A stretch of DNA of 64,000 bases from Phoronis australis. Lineage: Eukaryota > Animalia > Phoronida. Location: positions 29,582-93,581 of the forward strand of contig NMRA01000937.1 in NCBI GenBank assembly GCA_002633005.1, given 5' to 3'. This document shows, in pieces, positions 28,901 through 43,238 of this stretch. The notes beneath the pieces are model-generated. The model saw only the letters and a list, made by a program, of their open reading frames with translations, searched no databases and was not told where the DNA came from. The position numbers and the translations under genes are program-made. Numbering within the stretch: position 1 is the first letter of the stretch; every line of letters starts with the position of its first letter.

Positions 28901-31900
28901 GACCACTTTGAACCCAAAGTCCCTCACAGTAACACTAACACTTGTTTGTTAACACAGATAACAATGTTTCTGAACCAATCTTCTACACGAAACATTTCTG
29001 TGATGATTTTTGGCTCAACTGGCACAACTCTGATATTAGTCATTTTTTAAGACTACAAGGACACTTATTGGAATTAAGTATTAGTTTTTGGCCATGCTAG
29101 ACTCTAGCATCATTTTTGTTTTTTCCAATTACTGGCATATGGCGCAAGTTCAATGTATGGACTGATTATACAAAGTCCCGGCCCACAGTACTGACATGGG
29201 CTTTCTAGACTACATAATAAACCAAATTAAGAGTTTGGCAAACATTTTTACTGGCCGGCACCTGCTCCTCAGCTAACACACTATAACAAATATTCTCACC
29301 TTTTCGTTGTCCAGAACCACTCACACTCTTGTCCGTCTTCCTGCTCTGTTGTTTCCATTCGTTGCTCAGCAGACCTGCATTCAATACCATCTTGTGGTTA
29401 CTAGTAGTACCAGTACCATTACTCACTCCGTAGTTAAACCCACTGTACTGGCTGGTCGCGGGTGTCTGATTGTACGAGTTTGATTGTCTAGATGTAGCAC
29501 CGTGTGAGTTGTACTGAGCTAGGAAGTCTTGAATCTCTGTCTTACTGCAGAATCGCTGTAGCTTGGACGAGACGTCACTGAAAACCTGACACTGAGCTTG
29601 TACCAGCAAAGCAAGGCATTTGGCCATAATCTGGAAGTTAAAACAACTTTTTTGGACCATTCAATGCTGACAGTATTTTGTCAAAAGCAAACCGAAGAGG
29701 AGTATCCAAGTGAACAATAAATCTTCATAAGTTTATGTGAGAGTGAGTATGAAACAGTAGCACCAACGTGTATAGTTAATTGTCTAACTGAAAGGAAATC
29801 CCTGAGCCAACCTGCCATTGCTGTGTTTCCCCAAGAGTGCAGCCTCGTCCCCAAGCCTCAAGATGGCGCTGATCGGTTTAGCCATTTGAGGCTTGGTTAC
29901 GGGAAATGAAATGTGTCAAAATTCTGACACATTTTTACAGAAATTGTTGGAATACTAGTATCACGAGTAATATAATTTTGAAAATTTCTGCAGTTTTATA
30001 TAAAAAATGAAAACTAATGGCATATTGCAGCAAATGTCTGAATCATTGCAAAAATGACGTATTTTGAGTCAAAATTATTAATTTCTATGACACTATTAAT
30101 AAAAAAGAATTGAAAACAAGTATGCAAACAACCCTTATTTCAAACAATAACCGAAACAATGCCTTCTGCTTCATGAATAGCAACAACAACTTCTGTGGAA
30201 ATAATTAAAATCTGCCTTTGTTTTAATGACGTCAAGGCAGCAGCCAATCATTACGCAGAAGTTATTCCCATAACCAAGCCTCAAATGGCTAACCAATCAG
30301 CGCCATCTTGAGGCTTGGGGACTAGGCTGCTAAGAGTGCTGAACCAAAACACTCAGATTTTTAACACTCCATATATACAAGAGCAAGGTAGACATTGGTA
30401 TGCACACACTGAGTGCATCTCTCACAGTACAGATACAGATACAGGGGTTGATCATTATTTTAAACATTTCCACTAGAGGGAGCAATGGTAATGAACTTAA
30501 CATAGCCTAAAGGATGGCGCAAAGCATGTCAGCAATGCTCTTCTCAGTCCACAATAGGAGTACACCTGCCATCTTTCATAATGATTCCTCAAGCAGTTTG
30601 ACAGATAGGATTCATCTGGTGATGAAGAACCGATATCAAAATAACAGAAAGGCCAATATTGGACACCGCAAAGGTCAAACCTGTCTCAAAAGGGGCAACT
30701 ATTGTTGTGGAGGGTCGTCTCCATGACAGTCACTTATTTGTCAAGTTTCATGAACATCCATCCATTGGCAGATATGATGACAAATGCAATGAAACCAAAA
30801 TTGATTTGGCCCAGAATCCAAGTCAATTGTACTTTCCTCAATAGGAACACATACCAAATTTCACCAAAATCTACAAAGGAACTTGGTAGATATTGAGCCC
30901 AAGGCAAAAATAAAATTGCCACTAGGGGGAGCGACAGTACTCAGACCTATCCAAAATTTATTGTTAGCAGTGCTCTGCTCAGTAGGAACACATTATACCA
31001 ATTATCAAAATATTCATTTTGAACAATTTGGCTCACTGAAACTGTGGGAAAAGCCAATAAGACTTAAAAATAATACAAATGACCAATAGGTGATATGTAT
31101 ACAATATGTCGAATCTGTCAAAAATGGGAAGAAGTCATTAACTCCTCAATAGAAACCTAGCTGTTACAATTCAAGAAAATACGTCAACGAACTGCAGAGA
31201 TACAGAGGAAAGTTTCAAACAATAAAAATTGCCATTGGAGCCACAGCGGTAATCAGAACTGTCTGAAAGTCATCATCTCTTGTCACATTCCAAGGAATAC
31301 AGTTGGCAAATTACACAAAGATCCTACAAGGGGTTAAAGAGAGATGGTCAGGAATGCAACAAAAACAAAACAGCCGCCCAAAAATTAATATCAGTCGTAC
31401 TCCTCTCAGTGGGAACACTTCTGAAAACATTCATGATTCTTTGAGGAATTTGCACGAACACCAAAAACAGACACAAAAACAGTGAAAATGACCATTAGGC
31501 AGTGCAAAATACATCATGTCTATTTGAAAAAGGAATGCACTGCTATCCCTTAATAGATTGCTAAATTTCGCGAAAATTTGTCAAGATGTTTAGGAGATAT
31601 GGCCACCACACCGGACAGACGCCGGACAGGCATCGTACACATGGACGGACGACCAGACGCCCAACACAGATGACAGCAATATGCAAGGGTACGTATATAA
31701 ATATGTGGGTACATGAAAAGCCAGCAACCTATGCAAAATACTAACTACAACCACAAACAATCAAGACCTCAAACTGGCCAACTGAGAGGCAAAGCATCAC
31801 TATCACACTTTCCAAAAGCAAGTTCCAAGGGGACAATCCTAAACCAACAAGACTTATGAGAGACGTGTTCCTGTGGTCCTTCAGTTAGCGTTAGATGTTG

Positions 31901-33112
31901 CTAAACTTGGTGCCTGGGTACTTTTCATTTCAAGTTCCTATGTCATTGCTGCAGTACACCCACAGTGTACCTTACAAGTTCACATCTTATCCACAGTCCT
32001 TGGGGCCTCAGGCTGTCTGGAACTTTAAATACAGGAAACTGAATGAATATGCCCAGATGTGGAAATATTTGACTTGGAGCTTATCTTTGTAACAGTGGAG
32101 TGATTGTAAACAACCAAGAGTAGCAAGCAAATACTGAGAAGAGAGGAAGAGCTGAGAATATTGCAGCATGAAATGAGAAATAGGATTTACTTGTGCAATA
32201 ACATAACGTAGATTGGCAATTTACGTTGGTAAATAACACAAAAAATCAAAGGAAAATGCTATGATTGAAGCTGAGAAAGTGCTATGATAAATAACGCTTG
32301 GGAAAACGAATTCAATAAATGAAACATTCGTTTTTCAATCCCTATTAAAACCTGCAATAAAACCGCTAATATGTAGGCGCATGAAAATGATAGCAGCGCT
32401 GCTAATAGAGTAACGTTTGCACTAAATGAAATCACCAAATTGTATAGGGAATGCTAAAGGTCTCTGTACTGAGGACGCTAATGAGAGGTGATTTACTAGC
32501 TCTAGTGTGTGTGTACAACTAAACAGTGCTTCAGCAACATTCAAGGCATCTTTAGACAAGCATTGAGAGTATCCATTTCAGTACAAACAGTAGTTCCGTC
32601 ATTAACTTCAAATTTATATGAACTGTTTGGCTAAAAGACTAAACAGTAATTTTTCCTAATCAAGAAACTAGATTAGTTCAGTGTCTTAGGCTTTGATACA
32701 CAATAACATTTACCTGTAAATTTGCCTCTGATTTGTCATTCTTATTTGATGTTTCCAAGACAACCAGCAGTTCCTGAAGTAAGCATTGTGACAATTCTTT
32801 GCTATTCTGCACAGCAGCCAGTGTACACAAGTTCACCTCCCTTGTCACGCTGTTCACCTGTGCGGCCAAATCCAGGTACGGTGTTCCTTTGAAGGTCTCC
32901 ACAAAGCGTTCCCCAACATGGGTGCCAGCCCCAGAAAGGTGAGCCAGGACCTCATAGTACACATTCAGCTTGGAAGCGGCATCTTGTACCTCTGCCTGGA
33001 ACGAAGGTAGTTCCGAGTGGAACAATGACCTGCCCTCCATACTCACTGGCACCCCAGGTCTGCTCTGTTTACTGGAGCCCCCATTGTGTAACTGTTTCCT
33101 AAGGTGGTCCAT
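22934..33112 (-). CDS. GARRE1: GARRE1/KIAA0355-like protein, 7 coding exons (minus): 33112-32714, 29630-29300, 28561-28135, 27440-27315, 26528-26435, 25645-25477, 23073-22934 (~561 aa)
   Basis: All exons are bounded by AG/GT with consistent phases (0,1,2,2,0,1). The motifs SSSDESSNGDSYLALALGVDL, RRRHSSSGEE and TNTWPPKQPW resemble, from memory, the C-terminal motifs of vertebrate KIAA0355 (SSANGDSLFSMFSGPDL, QRRKHSSGEQ, TKTWPPKAPW). The N-terminal region looks helical. The gene is adjacent to GPI, as in human. Confidence 0.8.
27580..27665 (-). mobile_element. tRNA-derived SINE fragment (related fragment on + at ~26066-26110)
   Basis: Minus strand: aaggaggtagtgTGGCCTA...GGGTTCAAGTCTCactggggcacactg (A- and B-box-like). 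The + copy reads aaggaggcaatgtggcctagtgg...actggggcacactg. Confidence 0.5.
27700..27950. repeat. Interspersed repeat family with three copies (~27700-27950, ~38640-38810, ~58180-58400)
   Basis: Shared ttgttg(c/t)aaatgctcaaaattttacc...ttaagaaa(c/t)ttga...tgtcccaaac..aa(g/t)aatttt blocks. Confidence 0.7.
29840..30329. mobile_element. MITE with ~65-bp TIRs and a 9-bp TSD (Mutator-like)
   Basis: CAGCCTCGTCCCCAAGCCTCAAGATGGCGCTGATCGG...CCAATCAGCGCCATCTTGAGGCTTGGGGACTAGGCTG. Flanks are ccaagagtg (29831-29839) and ctaagagtg (30330-30338). Confidence 0.8.
30430..30505. repeat. Short dispersed repeat (second copy ~61200-61267) carrying CCACTAGAGGGAGC
   Basis: gatcattattttaaacatt(t/c)ccactagagggagcaatg is present in both places. 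Confidence 0.7.
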
Positions 33113-33880
33113 TCTCAGCCACAGTTGCAGCTAAACAAAGCAGTCAAAACAGCCCAAGGGCTTTATTGCTGATCAAAGCACAGTCCTGCATAATGAAACA
33201 TCACTTGCCAAGCGGTGAGCTGTGAAATGGGCACTGTGTAATGTTGTAATTAATAAGCTGGGGGTGTGTTTCCTGCAAGGTAAATAAAAGTAACAATAAG
33301 GCACTTAGTTAAAATCTTTTAATAAAAGAGAATTGTGAAGTTGAGTAAAGGAATTGTCAGTATAACAAGTCCTTGTTAGCCCAAGGCTGCAAGGTCTTTG
33401 CTTCCTTTCACATATTGACTTTACGTGTACCTCCCCTTGGATGTACTTTTTTATTATCTTGGAGAGAGCCAGACATTTATTAGCGTATTTGATAAATGTA
33501 GTATCAGATTGTCTACATTTTTTCAATATAAACATTCGTTCTGGTAACACTGTGATGAATTCTGGTCTGTTTTCTTGGGCCCCCGAGAAGTTGCAATGGA
33601 TCTCAAGAATTTTGAAAGAGGAGTCCATGCCACCCCAGTAGAGCAAACACTTAATTACTGATCCATATCATAAATCAGTCACGCTATAATGCTAGCAATT
33701 ACAGTTTTTTGCTCAACTTATCAAACAGGCCAGTCATACTCAACTCAGCACTAATACCCTCCATTCCAATCAATGAATATCATAACACAGGACATAATAG
33801 CATAATGCATGTTTAGTGCCTAATGGGAACACTGACCCCTCAGCTCAGCCTGTTAGCTAACAGCACTGAGAGACATCACT

Positions 33881-34719
33881 TGCCACAAACAATTCTTAGG
33901 GCCTGGTGAATGAAAGCAAAATGTGAATCCTAAGAAATGTACCAGCCATGCACAAGGGATATATTAAGTCCCATTTAGACATCAACTTTTGGCCCAGGGT
34001 TGCCACAAACAATCCTTGGGGCCTGGTGAATGAAAGCAAAATGTGAATCCTAAGAAATGTACCAGCCATGCACAAGGGATATATTAAGTCCCATTTAGAC
34101 ATCAACTTTTGGCCCAGGGTTGCCACAAACAATCCTTGGGGCCTGGTGAATGAAAGCAAAATGTGAATCCTAAGAAATGTACCAGCCATGCACAAGGGAT
34201 ATATTAAGTCCCATTTAGACATCAACTTTTGGCCCAGGGTTGCCACAAACAATCCTTGGGGCCTGGTGAATGAAAGCAAAATGTGAATCCTAAGAAATGT
34301 ACCAGCCATGCACAAGGGATATATTAAGTCCCATTTAGACATCAACTTTTGGCCCAGGGTTGCCACAAACAATCCTTGGGGCCTGGTGAATGAAAGCAAA
34401 ATGTGAATCCTAAGAAATGTACCAGCCATGCACAAGGGATATATTAAGTCCCATTTAGACATCAACTTTTGGCCCAGGGTTGCCACAAACAATCCTTGGG
34501 GCCTGGTGAATGAAAGCAAAATGTGAATCCTAAGAAATGTACCAGCCATGCACAAGGGATATATTAAGTCCCATTTAGACATCAACTTTTGGCCCAGGGT
34601 TGCCACAAACAATCCTTGGGGCCTGGTGAATGAAAGCAAAATGTGAATCCTAAGAAATGTACCAGCCATGCACAAGGGATATATATTAAGACCCATTCAG
34701 ACATCAACTTTTGGCCCAG
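33881..34719. repeat. 120-bp minisatellite, ~7 virtually identical copies
   Basis: Sequence lines repeat exactly every 120 nt (gcctggtgaatgaaagcaaaatgtgaatcc...). Confidence 0.97.
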
Positions 34720-37401
34720 CGCAACAGAGCACACAACTCACTAACTGTGGCAGACGGAAATTGTAGGCTGGAGAATGGATCACACATGCGCAGGCTTACA
34801 AATGACGGGAGTTGAAGAGACAGAGAACCTGTATTTAGGTCATTACACAAGCGCAGTAGAGATGATCTTTTCCGCCTTGCCCCAGTTTCGCGTTTAGACA
34901 CATAATTGACACGGAGCAAGATGTCCTAGCGCGAATTGCTCTACCTCACAAACGGGTGGCAAAAGTTGTCACCGCGGTGTCAATTTGCTCCAGTTCAGTC
35001 CCGTTTACACACATACTTGCACTGGAACAACTCGTTTCGTGTCAGCATATCAGTGTCAACTTTTGTAGTGTAAACGGCACTTTAGATGATGGTGTCCAGG
35101 GTGGGGGGGGGGCTTAGAGATGGCAGTGTTCTGAAGACATTAACATATTGCCCACAGGGCCCTTTACTACTGTTTTTCTGAGACACGCTGAAAGCTTTCC
35201 AGCAACATGCAAACATTATGTAGACTTTGCAGCAACAAGATTTCTAAATGTTGGAAAGTAAATGGCTGAGATCAAAACATGTATTTTGACAGAAAACTTG
35301 GATTTAATACTGGTATTATTATTATTACACTGTGACAGATACGGGTACAGAGAAATGTGACAATTTCTCTTTATTATGGTTAAATTGAAAAAATGATGTT
35401 TGATAACTGGGTTTTTGGTCTCAATAGCCTGATTGTACCTCATAGAATATAGAGATGGAATTTTTCTCAAGTTTCGTGCAAAATTTGTCACATATGGCAG
35501 CTAATACTTGCCCCACACCAAACATGGAAAAATAATCATATTAAGGAAAACACAATCACATGACAAACAATATGGTAAGGTGTTATTTTTGTGCGTACAG
35601 TAGCTTTTTGTTATCGTCAAGCATTTGAAAATTATATGATTTCATGGACTGACAAGTTAAATGTCAAAAGTGTGACACTTGGTAGAGAAGGTGTTCAGTT
35701 ACATTGAGTGATGTAAAATGGGGTGCACGAGAAATGTGTAATTCTCCAATGTACACTACATGGCGCTGTGGTAGCAATAGTCCCATGCGACCTTCACACT
35801 TGCTGTGTGCACGGTGAAAACATTGAAAGTTGCTGCAGTGTTCTTATGAAATGCCAGGTGAATTGTGCTGTGTGCCACTTTGCAACAATCGAGGTCACAG
35901 GTTCCCCACAGACAAAAAATTACACAAGAAATGAGTTGTGGCAAACAAACGCGAACTCAAATGGAAGCCATCAAAATCAGCTTTATATTGATAATAGGGC
36001 CTTAATTTGTCTTCCGTGACCTCCGAAATTGTCAAATGTGAGGTTTAGACTTGTCAAAGTTTCATACGTTGTAAAAACTTTCCTTAGTAAAAATGATGGT
36101 TTGTGCGTTTATTTGTTAATAACAGCTATCAGACACTATTTTGGCATTAGCATGAGTACACAAATGTTGCTCAACAGCGGAGCTCTTACTATAGGCGTGC
36201 ACTCGAGTTTCACTTTAGGCAGATGCTTGGTCTTACCTTAGACAAGTGTGTACTCTACTGAACAGGCTTCTGTGCTACAAGAGGAGAGGCCCTCACTGAT
36301 AATTAAGACTGTCAGAAAATGATAAATGAATGATCTTATCTCTACTATTGCACTTCAACCAAGACAGGTCCAAGTATTATCAGGGAAATAAATGGATACA
36401 TGGCAGCTTTCAAAACTTCTACTCTAATGGCCAACAAAAAATCTAGAGTAGCTGATATTTTCTAAAAAAATTGACATCTGACTTTCAACAAGTGTTGTCA
36501 CGCAGTTTTCGTCATCGTCCGTGTCATTCCATACAAGTACATTGTTATGTACACTAACAAGGAATAAACAGCCATTTTTCTTTTTTAGTAATCACGGTTT
36601 CGTTAGCTTGTAAACCATTAGCTCTTGATTTTACTTATAATGGAACAACAATTAGTCAGCAAATAAAGCCAGGCATTTAAGAAACATATTGACCCAAACT
36701 GGTGTCATGGAAACATGAAAGCTTGCACACTCAGGTGTTTGCTAAGGATTCAGCAAGTACTACTATATTTCCATTCCAACTTTCAACACCATATCATGGA
36801 TGGTGGCATATTTGCATATGGTTGCAATCAGTTGTATACCACTTTTTCCATACGGTCAAAGTTCAGTACCACCTATTTCAGACAAGAAGTTGTCATAATG
36901 ACATTTTTAACTAGTCACTAAGCGTTGTTGGATGCAATTAACAGCTAAAATGGTGTGACATTAAGTTGAAGGTTATGATGGCAATTTTTTAATGTTTTAA
37001 TCCAATTAAGCACAATTTTACAGATTTTTCAATCTAGATACATTTAGTAGGTTTTTAAACTTCGTAGTTGTAGACAACTCTAAGTAACTGCTGACACAAG
37101 CCACTGTCCAGAGTGGTTAACAGAGAAATTAGAGAACCCATTGACCGCAATGACCAGTCAGCTGCACAGGTCACCAACCAAGAACTGAACAGAACAATTA
37201 TCAAAGAAAGGTGCAGAGTACAATCACATATGGACACAAACAGTATTGGCATAGCTGGCAACATTGGTTTGTGAGATAATAGCATGCCTGCCTATCTCAG
37301 CCTGACAGGATACTCTATGTGTACATAGAAGACATCTATCCCTGCAGGATATTTAACAGGAAGCGTGTTAATTGACCCAGCTTTCTCTTTCACAGTCTCT
37401 A

Positions 37402-37882
37402 GACCCTTTCATACTGACTTAACTCCGGTCTGATTGGAACGTCGACGTAAACTGCGAAGTTTACTGAAACGTTCATACCGACTTCGCTAGTAACAGACAT
37501 CAAAGTAAACGGTAGATGATGCTGTTGTCATTGTGCAAACTAAGACTTTTATATTGTGACAATTTGGGAACATTGGCATGTTCTAATTGACATAAAATTT
37601 ATTTCTAATTCGATTGGTGATTATTGGAGCAAAATACAAGCAACTATTAGCCAAAACACTGCCATTCAATTGTTGATGATAACAGTGGCCACTGGCAATA
37701 ACTGATGGATCCAAAGTTGACTGTTCACAGAGCACCGCAGCGTCGACACTCCGCTGTTTAAGTCCACCTGTTTATTGTGAAGTTAACAGTCACTGTTAAC
37801 TTCGATCCAGGACCGAAGTTAAGCATTCATACTGACCGCAACTCATCAAAACATCGCACGTCGACGTTAGTATGAAAGGGCC
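37402..37882. mobile_element. MITE (PIF/Harbinger-like)
   Basis: TIRs GACCCTTTCATACT(G)AC ... GTTAGTATGAAAGGGCC flanked by TA/TAA. Internal repeats ttcatac(c/t)gac and cgtcgac. Confidence 0.6.
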
Positions 37883-39051
37883 TAAAACAGGATTTTTTGT
37901 ACATCTACATGTAATCCATTAATAGTAATTGTCAAAATAAACGTCATCTTAAACTGGTTTCAACATCTATTTTAACTCAATCTCAATGTTCAGTCACACA
38001 TATGTTTATACACGCAAATTCAGACATTGCCACTTACTCACATACAGCCCCACCCATACATATAGAGCAGGACCTAAATAGGCTCATTTTCAGTGGTAAA
38101 TAGACCAATTAACATCATGAAGGTCAGCCCACATAAGTCATTAACCTATGCATTTATCTCCCTACCAGTGTACTGTGTTACACTGACCTAGCAATATCCA
38201 CAAAGTAATCCCTTTCCCTGAAACAAAGCAGCATCACATTTTCACTGTATTCTATCATTTCCGGATTCAGGTGACCAGTGAGCCTGAAAAGATTTAGAAG
38301 ATAACTGGTAACCATTTTGTGAACAAATTAAATACCGTAACTCAAAATTCGTGATTTCTTGAAAGTAGAAGTAGACATTTGGGTGTGCCACGTTTGTTGA
38401 GAATCATTTAACAATTTGATTGTAGGCTTTGCTTTGGGAAAGTTTTGTATTCAATTCCAAGGAAAACCAGGACTACCATTTTCTCATACTCAGAATCCAC
38501 TATTGTGTAAAAAACTATGCCAACTGCAAAAACTGTTAGTTGAAACTTGATAATCTTATGGCACTCACAAAAACAAGAAACCATGACAACATCAATGAGG
38601 AAATAAGTTAAAAATTCCTCAATTCGAGACAAAAACAATTGCTAAAAAATTGTTGTAAATGCTCAAAATTTTACCAAATTTTGTTCGGTAATAACTAGGC
38701 CATACACACCATGCCAAAGGTTACTTTTGAAGAGTTACTTTTGTTAAGAAATTTGACAAAAATGAACTTCCACCTGTCTCCCATATTGTCCCCAAACTAA
38801 ATAATTTTTACTGTAACCATCTCTATAGCTGCCACTAATAGTCTGCCTTCAGAGTATTTCAGATGTCAACCATTAATTAACGAAATGAAAGATATGTACT
38901 GTAGGGGGCAAATGTTAGTTTTTTAAGGCTATTGATCAAAGCTTATCCCAACAAAAACAACTTCTAAATTGTATTCCTGCTAACACTTGTGGTTCTTGAC
39001 CTACCAAACTTTTATACTCTTCAATCAACTTCAATTATGTGATAAATCTTT

Positions 39052-42000
39052 ATCAGCCACTTTCCTCAGGAAGTCATATTTTCAATGCCTTTGAATGTCA
39101 ATTTCTAATCAGGGCATGGATTGATAAGTAAAAAACATTGCACTTATTTTGATGTCTATGGTCGAGGCAAAGCTGTTTCTTTTGAACAACAGAAATATAT
39201 AAGTATTAACCAACAAATGGGATGTTTTATTAAAAGGAAACTTGATTGATGATTTCTGCATAGTTTGAATGCAATCCTATTTGGAAACACATAAAAATAT
39301 GTAAATCAAACATTGAGGAAGTCTGCTGTTTCAGCAAAAATGTCATTTCCATAAAAATAGTGGTAACATATTTTTCTGTTACTGAAAATTCCGAAAATTT
39401 AAACTTTCCTGGGTAAATATTTGTTCAGTCAATGGACAGCTAAAAAATTATTTCATGAAATGTGACAGGACGTCATGAAGGTTGACAATGCACAGAACCC
39501 TTAGCGATGTGCACATGGAGTTTGTCTCATGGACCTCACGGGCGCAGATGTCATAACAAAACATTGCAGGGGATGATGCATATAGTAAATTAAGTAACTA
39601 CATACCTTAATATGTACAGAAGTGCTTACATGAAGTACCTGCATAAGTAGGTATGTAAGTACGTGTATGAAAGTACGTATGTAATAAGTACTAGCACCTA
39701 TATAATTAAGTAACTAAGTAATTACATAACCACGAAACTGAGTAAATACGTAATTAAACGTTTATTTTACATCGATATGACAATCACTGGCACAAGTACT
39801 AGGATGCTAGAGTGAACCACACTGTTTCTTTTTTGAGCCATCCACACATCGATTGTGCTTCTTCACCATCGCCTTATCTAGAGGTCTAAATGTGAGTCTT
39901 TCTTAGTATTGTTGTGTTGTTTTTTTATTGTATTATTTTGCGGACCTTGTAAAAAAAACAATCAATCAAGGCTACTAATACAGTAAGCGTTAGGAAGATT
40001 ATTCATAGACAGGTAGAGAATGACACAAAAGAATTAACATTTAAAACACAGTAAATATCAGTGATTCACATATGAATCAAAGGACATTATTTAATAATGG
40101 ATACAGTTTTGATACTCACAGTCACTTTCCAGATAAGTGGCTACCTTTAAGACCCTTTAAGTAATTTAAAACTATTTCAGATCATTGCAGCATCTTACTC
40201 AGTCAGACATTTTGTTCCACAAAAACCTCGGTTGTGTATGGAGTTTATGCCAAAAGTAGTTTAGACAAAATATAGAAACAGATATAGTTTGCCTTAGAAA
40301 ATTATAGAATGATTGACAAAATGCAAAACATCAAAGGGTAGCTATAGCCTAGATGGTGAATGTGTTTAATAACAGTTCCATAATTATGAATCTCATTCTG
40401 TCTGTGAACCACAAACAAAACAGTGCTTGCCCTGAACTTGAACACCCTAATCCAAATATTTTGCTATATTTTCTCTACACAGTTCCTCAACTTCTTTATG
40501 GAAAGTTATCTTTCAGCAAGGAGTTTAGCACAAGTCATAGAATGACATCACTCACCAGTCAGCATCACCAACAATCACAATGCAACATAAACAAAATTCT
40601 CAACTTCATAGACAGGTGTAGTTAGTAAGCAGTTAAATCAATCTGTTCCTTCCAGATACAATCCAAGCCAGTTGTATTGGTCAAAAAGTGTCACTAAAAA
40701 TCATATTTATCACTCTCAAACCTCAGTGAATCATACAACAGACCACTCCCGTTTCCACCACTGGGGCACTGACACCAGTCTACGGCACTGATAGACCGGC
40801 AGCCCAGAGCACTTAGCATAGATGAACGAGGTACCAACATCTGACCACGGGAGCATTTAAAGTCCACCTCAGTATGTACAGAAATGGACGTCTGCCGTTG
40901 TCTGCACTCTGGGTGTGACCCCTGGGGGCCTTACTAAGAGCCCAAAAAATGAGCTAGACTAGATATTCGAGGTACCAACCAAAACTGATTNATCAGCCAC
41001 TTTCCTCAGGAAGTCATATTTTCAATGCCTTTGAATGTCAATTTCTAATCAGGGCATGGATTGATAAGTAAAAAACATTGCACTTATTTTGATTCTATGT
41101 TCGAGGCAAAGCTGTTTCTTTTGAACAACAGAAATATATAAGTATTAACCAAAAATTGGGATGTTTTATTAAAGGAAACTTGATTGATGATTTCTGCATA
41201 GTTTGAATGTAATCCTATTTGGAAATACATAAAAATATGTAAATCAAACATTGAGGAAGTCTGCTGTTTCAGCAAAAATGTCATTTTTCCATAAAATGGC
41301 AGGAATATATTACGTTTTGAGACACAGATTAAGATTTTTCTGTTACTGAAAATTCAGAAAATTTAAATTTTCCTGGGTAAATATTTGTTCAGTCAATGGA
41401 CAGCTAAAAAATTATTTCATGAAATGTGACAGGACGTCATGAAGGTTGACAATTTAATACTTGTGACAAACTGTTACAACATCCATTGATGAACTTGGAT
41501 GTCAATCATACTATTTACAAGATAACTAGTTACATAAAAATGATTTAATTTGTTTATATTGACATACTGGGACGGAGGTTGAGGACTCGAGGGGGAGGGA
41601 CTGTGGAGGGAGGAAGTACGTGAAATGTTCATCTGTACAATAGTGTGACAGCTTAACAAACAAAAGAGCAGCCCGGGTGCTAGTGACCAATATCAAAATA
41701 TGAAGGAATAACTATAAAACACAAGACTACGTACAGAGCGTAAATGAGCATACAAGAACTATAAATCATCAAATGACAAAATCCAGTAAAGTATGCACAG
41801 AACCCTTAGCGATGTGGTCAACACATGGAGTTTGTCTCATGGACCTCACGGGCGCAGATGTCATAACAAAACTTTGCAGGGGATGATGCATATAGTAAAT
41901 TAAGTAACTATATACCTTAATATGTACAGAAGTGCTTACATGAAGTACCTGCGTAAGTATGCATGTAAGTACGTACGCCGGTACGTATGTAATAAGTACT

Positions 42001-43095
42001 AGCACCTATATAGTTAAGTAACTAAGTAATTACATAACCACGAAACTGAGTAAACACGTAATTAAACGTTTATTTTACATCGATATGACAATCACTGGCA
42101 CAAGTACTAGGATGCTAGAGTGAACCACGATGAAAATACGCTGTATCTTTTTTCGAGCCATCCACACATCGATTGTGCTTCTTCACCCTAGCCTTATCTA
42201 GAGATCTAAATGTCAGTCTTTCTTAGTATTATTGTTTTTTTATTGTATTATTTTGCAGACCTTGTAAAAAAACAATCAATCAAGGCTACCAATACAGTAA
42301 GCGTTAGGAAGATTATTCATAGACAGGTAGAGAATGACACAAAAGAATTTCCATTCCAAACACAGTAAATATCAGTGGTTCACATATGAATAAAAGGACA
42401 TTATTTAATATCGGATACAGTTTTGATACTCGCAGTCGCTTTCCAGATAAGTGGCTGTAGACCTTTAAGTAATTTAAAACTATTTCAGATCATAGTAGCA
42501 TCTTACTCAGTCAGACAATTTGTTCCACAAAAACCTCGGTTGTGTATGGAGTTTATGCCAAAAGTAGTTAGACAAAATCTAGAAACAGATATAGTTTGCC
42601 TTAGAAAATTATAGAATGATTGACAAAATGCAAAACATCTAAGGGGAGCTATAGCCTAGATGGTGAATATGTTTATTAACACTTCCATAATTATGAAACT
42701 CATTCTGTCTGTGAACCACTAACAAAACAGTGCTTGCCCTGATGTTGAACACCCTAACCCAAACATTTTGCTATTTTCTCTACACAGTTCCTCAACTTCT
42801 TTATGGAAAGTTATCTTTCAGCAAGGAGTTTAGCACAAGTCATAGAATGACATCACTCACCAGTCAACATCACTAAAAATCACATGCAACATAAACAAAA
42901 TTGTCAACTTCATAGACAGTTGTGGTTAGTAAGCAGTTAAATCAATCCGTTCCTTCCAGATACAATTCAAGCCAGTTATATTGGTCAAAAAGTGTCACTA
43001 AAAATCATATTTATCACTCTCAAACCTCAGTGAATCATACAACAGACCACTCCCGTTTCCACCACTGGGGCACTGACACCAGTCTACGGCACTGA
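39052..43095. repeat. ~1.75-kb direct duplication (39052-40791 vs 40992-43095); the second copy starts at the N at 40991
   Basis: Both copies start atcagccactttcctcaggaag and end agtctacggcactga. The second has extra segments (~41297-41335, ~41454-41790) and many SNPs. Likely two haplotypes joined at a gap. Confidence 0.9.
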
Positions 43096-43238
43096 CCCAC
43101 ACCACTCATTACCCACACAACGTCCACGGCCTCAGTGATCAACAACGTACCACGGTGGGCAAGACAATGCGTGGCCACACAAAAACACAATTCTTTAAAA
43201 TGTTAGAAACAAATCTACACTGTATAAACATAGCTCAC

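Noticed and set aside
33881-34719. 120-bp array as a CRISPR array or as the 266-aa ORF 33896..34696
   Set aside because: Units are identical with no unique spacers, the context is eukaryotic, and the ORF is a by-product of a stop-free repeat with no splice or homology support.
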